Shown piece after piece: positions 55,852-64,000 of a stretch of DNA of 64,000 nucleotides. The position numbers were made by a program, and so were the translations under genes. Numbering within the stretch: the stretch's first letter is position 1; every line of letters begins with the position of its first letter. This DNA is from Afipia sp. (GTDB taxonomy: Bacteria; Pseudomonadota; Alphaproteobacteria; Rhizobiales; Xanthobacteraceae). The notes under the pieces were generated by a model. It had not been told where the DNA came from and ran no database searches. It saw only the letters and a list, made by a program, of their open reading frames with translations. The stretch spans positions 252 to 64,251 of the forward strand of contig JBIQLC010000012.1 of assembly GCA_044464625.1 (NCBI GenBank), read 5' to 3'.

Positions 55852-58335
55852 TTACGCCGCCCGCGACGCGCGTTCGCCGAATTTCTTGAGCAATGCGCGG
55901 ATTTCATCCGCCGGCCGCGCCGCGCTGAACAGGAAGCCCTGCACCTCGGTGCAGCCTTCAGCGCGCAGCGTATCGAGCTGATCCATCGTCTCCACGCCCT
56001 CTGCCGTCGTCGAGATATTCAGGCTGCGGCCAAGCCCGGAAATCGCGCGCACGATGGCGACGCAATCGGGCCGTTCGGAAAGATCGCGGACGAACGAGCG
56101 GTCGATCTTGATCTTGTCGAACGGAAAGCTGCGCAGATAGCTCAGCGACGAATAGCCGGTGCCGAAATCGTCCATCGAAATACGCACGCCGAATTCGCGC
56201 AGGCGGTGCAGCGTCGCGAGGTTGGATTCGGTCTCGGCCAGGAAGATCGATTCGGTGATTTCCAGTTCGAGCCGCTTCGGCGACAGGCCCGACTGCGCCA
56301 GCGCGGACAGGACGATCTGGGTCAGGTTGCGGCTGCGGAACTGAACCGGCGACAGATTCACCGCGACCTTGATGTCGTCGGGCCACCCCGCCGCCTCGGC
56401 GCAGGCCTCGCGCAGCACCCATTCGCCGATCGTCGGAATGAGGCCGATGTCCTCGGCGATCGGAATGAACTCGCCCGGCGAAATCATCCCTTTCACCGGA
56501 TGACGCCAGCGCAAGAGCGATTCGAACGCGACGACGCGATCTTCCGCGAGACTGACCAGCGGCTGATAGTGCAGCTCGAACTCACCATTGGCCAGCGCTC
56601 GGCGCAGATCGAACTCCATGTCGCGCCGCTTCTGGGCGATGCGGTCCATTTCCTTTTCGAAGAAATGATGCGCGCCGCCGCCTTCGGACTTCGCGCGATA
56701 CAGCGCCATGTCGGCGTTGCGCAACAGGTCTTCGCCGGTCTGACCATCTCCCGGCGAGATCGCGATCCCGATGCTGGCGCCGATGACGATCTCGCGATTG
56801 TCGATTTCGTAGGATGCGCTGAGGATCGCAATTACCTCAGCCGCCTGCTGGCTGATCTCGCCGGGCAGAAGCGCGGTCTCCATGAACATCGCGAACTCGT
56901 CGCCGCCGAGCCGCGCGACGAGATCGTTGCCGCGCTGGCAGCTGCGCAGGCGGTCACCCACCATCGTCAGCAGCCGATCGCCGACCGGATGGCCGAACGA
57001 GTCGTTCACGTTCTTGAACAGATCGAGGTCGATGCAGAACACCGCGACACGCTCGGCGGTCGCGCGATTGCGTTCCAGCGCTTCGCACAAGCGGCTATGG
57101 AACATGACGCGGTTCGGCAGGCTGGTGAGCCCGTCGTGATGCGCCATGTAGGCGATCCGCGCCTCGGCTTTGCGGCGTTCGGTGATGTCCACAGCGGAGA
57201 CAAGAAAAGCGTCGCGCCCCTCGAACATCACCCTCCGCCCGAAGGTCAGCACTTCGATCTCGCTGCCATCGGCCTTCAGATGCCGCCAGTTGCGGCCGGA
57301 GTGATAGACGTCGGCAAGGTTGCCGATCGCGGCAAGGTGTTCGTCCCGCTCGTCGCACGGCCACATGTCCTGAAGCTTCATGCGCAGGAATGTCGCGCGG
57401 TCATAACCATAGTGGGACAATGCCGCATCGTTGACGCCGATGAACCCGCGGGTCTCGACATCGAACACCCACATCGGCATCGGATTGCTGTCGAACAGCA
57501 GACGGAACGATTGTTCGCGCCGCTTGAGATCGGTCACATCGGTCAGGCTTAACGACAGCAGATCGCCGACCGCGGCGGCGCTGAGCTTGAGCGTACCGGC
57601 CGTGGTCCCGACCTCGAACTGATCGCTCACGCCCTTCTCGATCACGCCAGCGAGGCGCGTGATGACGTCTGGGGCACAGAGCGCATGGCTGCCGGTGGTC
57701 AGGCGCCGCCAGCGCAATTCATCCGGCGGCAAGCGCAGAAGGCGCGCAGTGCCCTGGTTAAGCTGGACGATCTGAAAATCGAACGGCCGCCCGGTTGCAT
57801 CGCGGATCGCGGCCAGCGACAGGATTCCGTCGTCGGTGGCACACACAATCGCATCGAGCAGATTGTATTGCAGCCCGCGCGCGTTGACGTACGCCCCGCT
57901 CAGCACCACGCCCCACCGCGATGTCATCGGCAGCACGAGCAGATCGTATGCCTGCACCAGCCCGTCGCGCACGCAATGCACCGTGGTCTGGTACGGCGTG
58001 CCGTTCTGCTGCGCACAGACGACAGCTTCTTCGAGAGCCAGCGCGCAATCCGGCGGCAAGACGCCGAGCGGCGTATCGTGCACCTCGACATCGAGCCACG
58101 TCTCTGCGTAGCGTCCGGCGCGCGACAATTCGAGAGACGGCGACGACTTCATCAGGATGACGTGGTCCGCGAGCCGGCCGAGACTGCCAAGCAGAACGTC
58201 TTCGTAGAACGGAAGCACCTGTCCGGGTTTGCGCGCAGCCTGCCACTTGCGGATCAGGACCGGAATGTCGCTGAAGAATTCCTGGACCGACGATTTGGGC
58301 GATGATTTCTCCGCAATGTTCACGACGCACTCCAC
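55852..58335 (-). CDS. PAS-GGDEF-EAL c-di-GMP enzyme
   Basis: PAS (LFDSNPMPMW), HHDGLTSLPNR, ARLGGDEF, FESLLRW, LELEITES, DDFGTGYSSL, KIDRSF, TAEGVET; exact start uncertain (58323-58335). Confidence 0.93.
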   Translation of the reverse strand: MECVVNIAEKSSPKSSVQEFFSDIPVLIRKWQAARKPGQVLPFYEDVLLGSLGRLADHVILMKSSPSLELSRAGRYAETWLDVEVHDTPLGVLPPDCALALEEAVVCAQQNGTPYQTTVHCVRDGLVQAYDLLVLPMTSRWGVVLSGAYVNARGLQYNLLDAIVCATDDGILSLAAIRDATGRPFDFQIVQLNQGTARLLRLPPDELRWRRLTTGSHALCAPDVITRLAGVIEKGVSDQFEVGTTAGTLKLSAAAVGDLLSLSLTDVTDLKRREQSFRLLFDSNPMPMWVFDVETRGFIGVNDAALSHYGYDRATFLRMKLQDMWPCDERDEHLAAIGNLADVYHSGRNWRHLKADGSEIEVLTFGRRVMFEGRDAFLVSAVDITERRKAEARIAYMAHHDGLTSLPNRVMFHSRLCEALERNRATAERVAVFCIDLDLFKNVNDSFGHPVGDRLLTMVGDRLRSCQRGNDLVARLGGDEFAMFMETALLPGEISQQAAEVIAILSASYEIDNREIVIGASIGIAISPGDGQTGEDLLRNADMALYRAKSEGGGAHHFFEKEMDRIAQKRRDMEFDLRRALANGEFELHYQPLVSLAEDRVVAFESLLRWRHPVKGMISPGEFIPIAEDIGLIPTIGEWVLREACAEAAGWPDDIKVAVNLSPVQFRSRNLTQIVLSALAQSGLSPKRLELEITESIFLAETESNLATLHRLREFGVRISMDDFGTGYSSLSYLRSFPFDKIKIDRSFVRDLSERPDCVAIVRAISGLGRSLNISTTAEGVETMDQLDTLRAEGCTEVQGFLFSAARPADEIRALLKKFGERASRAA

Positions 58336-58496
58336 ACCACAACATTCTGTCGTGCGTCACCCACTGGCGGGAAGCTGTTTAAGGGTGCGTAAATGAGCAG
58401 CGGTCGTCACGCGCCAAGCGGCGTTTATGACGGAATGAAGTCGCGCGATGGTTAGCACCGCTTAGGGACTATGACAGATTTAATACAGAGCGCGCC

Positions 58497-59540
58497 TCAG
58501 CGCGCCATCACTTCGACTTCACCGTCGACGCCGTTGCTGACGTTGAATTCGCGCTGATAGACCTTGCCTTCGTTCTTGGCGATGGCGCGGTATTCGCCTT
58601 CGGCGAGCACGACGCGCGGGAACGCGCCGATCGATTCCTTGATGACGTCACCCGCGGGTGTGATCACCGACCACGCGGTGTTGGCGAGCGCCTCGCCGCC
58701 CTTGTTGGTCACGAGCTTGAGCGTGATCACCGCGGCGCGATGGGTCACGGTGACATCGGTGAGCTTCCCGGCCTGCACGCGGATGTCCGAGCGCACGATC
58801 GAGTTGGCATCGCCGTAGTTGGAGACGAGATAGTAAGTCCCCTCCGGCACCAGCACGACATCGCCGGCGGCGACGTTCTGCGCGATCGGCGACCGCTCGC
58901 CGACTTCGAACTGGCTTCCCTTGTAGATCGAGAACGAAATCTGCCCCGGCGGAATCTTGGTGGTGCCGACGCGGCCCTCGATGCGCAATCCGCCCGCCGG
59001 CAGTTCGAACGATTCGCGCGTCGTGTCGCGATGCACGACCACCGGCCGCACCGCTGTCACGAGACCGAGACTGACGTGAACGATATAGCCGCCCGGCGGC
59101 AGCACGATGCTCGGCGTCGCGCTGCGCTCCTCGCGCACGAGCTGGAACACGCCGCTGGCGTTGGGCTTGTCGGCGTAGACCCGCCAGGTCAGCCCGCTGG
59201 TGATCTGCGGCTGCTCTTTGCCGAACCGTGCACTGAGCGCCAGCACGCCCTGCTCCGGCCCGGGGGACGGCATGGCCGGCGCAGCTACCGGCGGTTGCAG
59301 CAGCGGCGCGGGCAGCGATGGGGTCGCCGATGGCCCCGAGGGCGGCGCAAGGCTCACCGCCGGGCCGGACAAAACGCCCGATTCCGGTACCAGCCCGGGC
59401 GGCACCGGCGGCGGATTCTCGTTGAAAAGCTGCGCGGACGCGCCCTGCGGCAACAGCAATACCGCCATGCACAGCAATATCCACCGGATTGCGCGCGCAG
59501 CGCGGCCCGATGTCCGGCCGTGATGTCGGAGAGCTGTCAT
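58497..59540 (-). CDS. Conserved secreted hypothetical protein (Pro-rich N-terminus, repeated beta-sandwich domains)
   Basis: Signal-like segment, Pro-rich linker, three repeats with LPPGGY / VPEGTY / LAEGEY. Confidence 0.7.
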   Translation of the reverse strand: MTALRHHGRTSGRAARAIRWILLCMAVLLLPQGASAQLFNENPPPVPPGLVPESGVLSGPAVSLAPPSGPSATPSLPAPLLQPPVAAPAMPSPGPEQGVLALSARFGKEQPQITSGLTWRVYADKPNASGVFQLVREERSATPSIVLPPGGYIVHVSLGLVTAVRPVVVHRDTTRESFELPAGGLRIEGRVGTTKIPPGQISFSIYKGSQFEVGERSPIAQNVAAGDVVLVPEGTYYLVSNYGDANSIVRSDIRVQAGKLTDVTVTHRAAVITLKLVTNKGGEALANTAWSVITPAGDVIKESIGAFPRVVLAEGEYRAIAKNEGKVYQREFNVSNGVDGEVEVMAR

Positions 59541-59780
59541 GGCGAGGTTTTTCACTGAAAACGCGGCAAATTCAAGCCTGTAGGTCAGCCGATCCCGGCT
59601 TTGCCACGGATTCTCACCTTTCACCTCTTTGCGAGCCGTGGTCGTCCTTCAGTCATATTCCCTCACTATCGCAGGGCCCCAATTCGGATCGTCACGGATC
59701 GTTTGTGTTTCCATGGCTTGATGCACGAGCTGCCGAGTCATGCATCCGGTTCGCGTATCTACTGCTTCGGGGAGACTGGT

Positions 59781-60818
59781 GTGTTGCTTGAGAATTTGAT
59801 CGGATTTGGCCAGAATCGATCGAACAGGGACAAGATGGATCTACCGGTCACCAGACGTCCGAGGATCGGCCTTGCGCTTGGCGGCGGCGCTGCGCGCGGC
59901 TTTGCCCATATCGGCATTCTGCGCACCCTGCTCGCCAACGGCATCGTGCCGGATATCGTGGTCGGCACCTCGATCGGCGCCGTGGTCGGCGGTTCCTACG
60001 CGTCCGGCCATCTCGACACCCTCGAGGAATGGGCGCGCGGTCTCGTGCCGCGCAATATCTTCGGCTATCTCGACATTCGCCTCAACGGTTCCGGCCTGAT
60101 CGGCGGCGACAAGCTTGCGGCACAGCTCGACGCCTCAATCGGCAAGATCCGCATCGAGGACCTGCCGCTGAAATTCGCCTCCGTCTCCACCGAGGTGAAG
60201 ACCGGTCACGAAATCTGGATCACCCACGGCCGCCTCACCGATGCGATGCGCGCATCCTACGCGCTGCCCGGCATCTTCGCGCCGATGCTGATCGGCAATC
60301 GCTGGCTGGTGGATGGCGCGCTGGTCAATCCGGTGCCGGTATCGGCGGCGCGCGCGCTCGGCGCAGAAATCGTCATCGCCTGCAATGTTTCCACCGACGT
60401 TTTCGGCCACGGCACAATCATCTCCGCCTATGGCTCGAATGACGATGCGCCGGGGCCAGTGGAGCCGCCCATTCCCGAGAAGCGCGGCTTGAGCAAATTC
60501 TTTTCCGCCGAGCGCACCGTGAAGCGCGAGTTCTTCGGCGGCGGCGGCCGGCCGGGCATTTCGACAGTGATGGTCGATGCCTTCAACATCATGCAGGACC
60601 GCATCACCCGCGCACGCCTCGCCGGCGACCCGCCGGACGTGCTGATCTCGCCGCGCGTCGGAAAGATCGGGTGGTTCGATTTCCATCGCGCCGACGAGGC
60701 CATCGCGCATGGCACGCGCGCGGCGGAGCGGACCGTGGAATCGATTCAGGAGGCGATCAACCTGCTCGCACCGGTCGACAGCGACACTCCCGGCCCGGCG
60801 CAGCAGACCGCGTCCTGA
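59781..60818 (+). CDS. Patatin-like phospholipase (RssA-like)
   Basis: LGGGAARG, GTSIG (GxSxG), DGA, NPVPV; RBS GGGGAGA before GTG 59781. Confidence 0.9.
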   Translation: MLLENLIGFGQNRSNRDKMDLPVTRRPRIGLALGGGAARGFAHIGILRTLLANGIVPDIVVGTSIGAVVGGSYASGHLDTLEEWARGLVPRNIFGYLDIRLNGSGLIGGDKLAAQLDASIGKIRIEDLPLKFASVSTEVKTGHEIWITHGRLTDAMRASYALPGIFAPMLIGNRWLVDGALVNPVPVSAARALGAEIVIACNVSTDVFGHGTIISAYGSNDDAPGPVEPPIPEKRGLSKFFSAERTVKREFFGGGGRPGISTVMVDAFNIMQDRITRARLAGDPPDVLISPRVGKIGWFDFHRADEAIAHGTRAAERTVESIQEAINLLAPVDSDTPGPAQQTAS

Positions 60819-60876
60819 CCGGTTTGAAAGTACGAAAAGAACGACAAACGGCCGCGCCAACGCGCGGCCGTTTGCG

Positions 60877-61305
60877 TTATGCGGTCTTGATGTATTCGCG
60901 GAGCTGTTCCTGTTCGCGCTCGTACTCGTTGACCCGCCACTTCACGATATCGCCGATCGAAATCAGGCCGACGATCCGTTCATTCTCGACGACCGGAAGA
61001 TGACGGAATTTTCCCATCGTCATCATTTCCATGATCGCCGCTGCGGTGTCGCTCTGCTTGCAGGTGATGACCTTGCGGGTCATCACGGCGCGGACAGGCT
61101 CGTCGAGCACCGCGGCACCGCGATCGCCGAGCACGCGCACGATGTCGCGCTCCGACAGGATGCCTTCGATTCGCTGATCGTTCATCACCAGCACCGCGCC
61201 GATGCGATGCTCGTTCAGGGTTTTCACCGCAGCCGCCAGCGTCATGTCAGGCGTGATGCTGACAATGTGATGTCCCTTGATGTCCAGAATTGCCCGAACC
61301 GTCAT
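60877..61305 (-). CDS. CBS domain-containing protein
   Basis: Two CBS repeats: IGAVLV...GILSERD and FRHLPVV...GLISIGD; RBS GGGAGG before ATG 61305. Confidence 0.92.
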   Translation of the reverse strand: MTVRAILDIKGHHIVSITPDMTLAAAVKTLNEHRIGAVLVMNDQRIEGILSERDIVRVLGDRGAAVLDEPVRAVMTRKVITCKQSDTAAAIMEMMTMGKFRHLPVVENERIVGLISIGDIVKWRVNEYEREQEQLREYIKTA

Positions 61306-61453
61306 TATCGCCTCCCGAAAGAGACCGGACCGGTCACCGGTGCGGTCCTTCATCTTTGAGTCTACAACTCGAAGAAAACCACCTGGTGTCAGTTTGGTTC
61401 GGCGATGATGGATCAATTATGGCAGAGCGGCAAGGCGCGCCGCGCAATGCTGC

Positions 61454-62245
61454 TTAGCGCAGGTCGGATCCGTCGAGCGGCGGCGCCATGCCTGGCGTGT
61501 TGTCCTGCACAACCGTGCGCGGCACCGGATCGAAGATCGAGAACAGCAGCAGGCCGGCGAGGAAGCCGCCGACATGCGCCTGCCACGCGATGCTTTGCGT
61601 CGAAGCACCGCCGACAGTCAGCGCGCCGATGCCGGTCACAAAGTTCAAGCCGAACCAAATGCCGAGAAACGCCAGCACACGACCGTTACGCAGCGCGCGG
61701 AGCAGCGGCAGCGCCGGCACGCGCGACGCCATCTCGGCATCGCCGCGCCGCAGCGACAGGAAGCTGCCGCGCTGAAACGCGAACCGGATTGCGGCGGCCA
61801 TCGCGCCGGATACGGCGGCGGATGCACCGATCATCGGAGCCACCTCATGCTGATGGGTGATGAGGTGGGCGACCGCGCCGGCGATGGCGGTCACGGCAAG
61901 GAAGACAAAAAAGCGCACCGCGCCAAAACGTCGCGCCAGCGCGCTGCCGAACGGCAGCATCCACAGCATGTTGAATACGATGTGGCTGATGTCGGCGTGA
62001 AGGAAGGCGTAGGTCAGGAACGTCCAGACATTGGCGGCGACACCACCGGGAAACTGTCCGGCCATCACCGTGGTGTCGTAGCGGGCCGGCACGAAGCCAA
62101 ACAGCCAGATCACCTCCTGGTCCATCGCCAGCGGCAACAAGGAGCGCACGCCATGGATCGCGAACATGACGACGAGAAGCGCCGTCATCGCGCCGGGAAT
62201 GGTCAGGATCGGTTCGCGGGGTGAATCCAACGGTCGGGTTTCCAC
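61454..62245 (-). CDS. Rhomboid-family intramembrane serine protease
   Basis: TYAFLHADISHIVFN, IGASAAVSG, AHVGG; start uncertain (GTG 62245 or TTG 62230). Confidence 0.9.
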   Translation of the reverse strand: METRPLDSPREPILTIPGAMTALLVVMFAIHGVRSLLPLAMDQEVIWLFGFVPARYDTTVMAGQFPGGVAANVWTFLTYAFLHADISHIVFNMLWMLPFGSALARRFGAVRFFVFLAVTAIAGAVAHLITHQHEVAPMIGASAAVSGAMAAAIRFAFQRGSFLSLRRGDAEMASRVPALPLLRALRNGRVLAFLGIWFGLNFVTGIGALTVGGASTQSIAWQAHVGGFLAGLLLFSIFDPVPRTVVQDNTPGMAPPLDGSDLR

Positions 62246-62545
62246 AGAGACGACAAGCCGCCGGATCGGGATCGGGCAACGGGCGAGACGTTCCAGATAC
62301 GGTTTTTCCCGAGCGGTGCAAGCGGAACAATTGCCGACAAGCAAAAAGGGAGGGTCGCAAGACCCTCCCTTTGCACGACTGGTCTTTCCGCAGGGGGAAT
62401 ATCCCCACCCCTCCCCGCGTGACCAAACTGTTTTTCGCCACCTGTTTCGACTTCGACAGTCGATCCGCCGTCCCCTGGAGAAGGCCGGCGGCAACCTAGA
62501 GTGCAATGATCCTAGCCTCCATCCGTTAGACCACCAAGCTCTTGG

Positions 62546-62560
62546 TTAATTTAAGGTTAA
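62546..62560. promoter_or_regulatory. Perfect CtrA box in the divergent rhomboid/PAS intergenic region
   Basis: TTAA-tttaagg-TTAA. Confidence 0.75.
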
Positions 62561-62711
62561 CACGACAAACCAGAGTTTAATCACCCTCTCCGGGCCGCTT
62601 CGGCATGGACGCTGCACCGTCCATTGCGCACAACAGCTAGGGGCCGCGACGTGGCCGATTGCGGGACAGCTCTGTCCCGCGGGCACCACGTCCCGGTCAG
62701 GACCGGACCAC

Positions 62712-63269
62712 ATGAAACATCCATCGAACCGGGAATTCTTCGCCTATTGGGACGAGGCGCGCGGCACTGCCGCCGCGCCGGATCGCAGCAATCTGGGCCC
62801 TGACCCGGTCCGTCACCTGCTCGGCGACATCTTCGTGCTGTCTTACGACCCGACCGCCGGCTACCCGTTCCGGGTGGCAGGAACGCGGGTCTGCGCCCTG
62901 CTCGGCCGCGATGTGAAGGGCGAAGGGTTCTCCAGCCTGTTCCACGGCGAAAGCCGCCGGGAGATCGAGGACATTCTCGGGGTGGTCGCCGAGGAAACCG
63001 TCGCCACGGTCGCCGGCATCACCGCCATCGCAGCCGACGGATCCCCGGTTCCCCTCGAACTGCTGCTGCTGCCGTTCAACCCGCGCACCAACAACCCGCT
63101 CACCCTGACCGGCCTGCTCGCGCCGTTCGATGGAGCCTGCCGGGTGGTCGATCACTTCAAGCTGACGTCGTGGCGCCACATCGGACACCAGCGGAAGCTG
63201 TTCGGTCCGCGCGCCCTGCGCAAACTCGCGGTCGCCCGCGGCTTCATGGTCTACGAAGGCCTGCGATAA
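62712..63269 (+). CDS. PAS_5 (DUF1457)-like protein
   Basis: FFAYWDEARG...PDRSNL, LGDIFVL, FRVAGTRV, LELLLLP. Confidence 0.8.
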   Translation: MKHPSNREFFAYWDEARGTAAAPDRSNLGPDPVRHLLGDIFVLSYDPTAGYPFRVAGTRVCALLGRDVKGEGFSSLFHGESRREIEDILGVVAEETVATVAGITAIAADGSPVPLELLLLPFNPRTNNPLTLTGLLAPFDGACRVVDHFKLTSWRHIGHQRKLFGPRALRKLAVARGFMVYEGLR

Positions 63270-63277
63270 GAGGCAGG

Positions 63278-64000
63278 TTACTGCGCCGCCGTCGGCTGGA
63301 CAGGATCACCTTTCGGATCGAAGGCCGTCACCTTGTCGGCAACGACGAAAGACATCAGGTCCCGACCAACCACAAACGGCCCCTTGTAGGTCGTCTCGGT
63401 GCGCGTCTTCAACGCATCCTCTGGCACATCCTGCACCGGCTTCAGGGTCGCGAACACGATGTGCGAATAGACTGCGAGCTTCGGTTTCGCGAGACCGAAC
63501 ACCCGGCCGGCTTCTTCCGGCGATGTGTGATGCGCCTCGATGATGGTGTACTCGGGTCGCGCCTTGATCAACGCGGGCTCGATCACAGCAACCTCATGAA
63601 TGAGAAGATCGGCACCCTTCGCTGCATCGATCACGTGCTGGTCGTATTTGGTATCGCCTGACAGCACGACCTTCTTGCCGTCGTACTCGACGACGTAACC
63701 ATAGGCCGGCTTGATATGCTCGCCGTGATTGACCTCGATCGCCGTGACTTTCACGCCGTCTTTTTCATAGACCGGACCCGGCACGACATCCTTGGCAGCA
63801 AACGCAACGCCGGCGGCCGGATAGTGCTCATCTTCCGTCCTGATCCGAATGTCCTCGGAAAAGGCCTTGGTCAGGTTTTCGGTCATGGCGACGGTGCCCG
63901 ACGGCCCGAAAATCACCATCGGCGATTTGCGCGACGCCCAGGGCGTACCGATCCAGCCGGAGAGCCACATATCGGGCAGACCCACGACATGATCCGAATG
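63278..64000 (-). CDS. MBL-fold metallo-hydrolase (RNase Z-like), 5' part outside window
   Basis: Window edge reads HSDH (end of HxHxDH), then VNHG, SGDT, LLIHEV, HHTSPEEAG, LAVYSH. Confidence 0.88.
   Translation of the reverse strand, partial: HSDHVVGLPDMWLSGWIGTPWASRKSPMVIFGPSGTVAMTENLTKAFSEDIRIRTEDEHYPAAGVAFAAKDVVPGPVYEKDGVKVTAIEVNHGEHIKPAYGYVVEYDGKKVVLSGDTKYDQHVIDAAKGADLLIHEVAVIEPALIKARPEYTIIEAHHTSPEEAGRVFGLAKPKLAVYSHIVFATLKPVQDVPEDALKTRTETTYKGPFVVGRDLMSFVVADKVTAFDPKGDPVQPTAAQ

Noticed and set aside
58379-58393. TTAA-N7-TAAA upstream of the GGDEF-EAL gene
   Set aside because: Weaker CtrA-like match with no second supporting feature
1-64000. CRISPR arrays, rRNA genes, transposases, integrases
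   Set aside because: None seen; the repeats are dispersed palindromes, not regularly spaced repeat-spacer units, and no ORF shows transposase or tyrosine-recombinase motifs

Overview
High-GC alphaproteobacterial chromosome segment, most like Hyphomicrobiales/Nitrobacteraceae (Bradyrhizobium/Afipia-like) from gene content and intergenic repeats. It runs from the 5' end of rpoB through rplL-rplJ, rplA-rplK-nusG-secE and tRNA-Trp, then accessory and metabolic genes (ECF41 operon, HWE kinase, MCP, PsrA-like regulator with kinase/acyl-CoA dehydrogenase/SDR cluster, nitrilase), tRNA-Gly/Tyr/Thr with rlmB, a cobalamin riboswitch plus TonB receptor, nadK, hisI, folE, yidD, thrS, c-di-GMP enzymes and others. 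The main discovery candidate is a ~2.86 kb lower-GC, integrase-less element inserted in tRNA-Gly(TCC) (23665-26524). It keeps both att ends and matching tandem arm-type repeats, appears to have replaced the tRNA T-arm, and carries a stand-alone TIR-domain protein with an intact catalytic-position Glu and an unrecognised C-terminal domain, an orphan phage-type DNA methyltransferase and a 53-aa ORF. Also notable: a 30-bp direct repeat bracketing a LuxR-type regulator gene, a membrane/AhpD-like fusion with an internal RBS under a perfect ECF41 promoter, a dispersed tufB-type tRNA cluster with no tuf gene, and sets of sigmaEcfG, CtrA and PsrA-like motifs. No rRNA, CRISPR array, transposase or integrase was seen. 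All family assignments come from motif recognition by eye, not database searches, and several start codons are my choice rather than the ORF track's.
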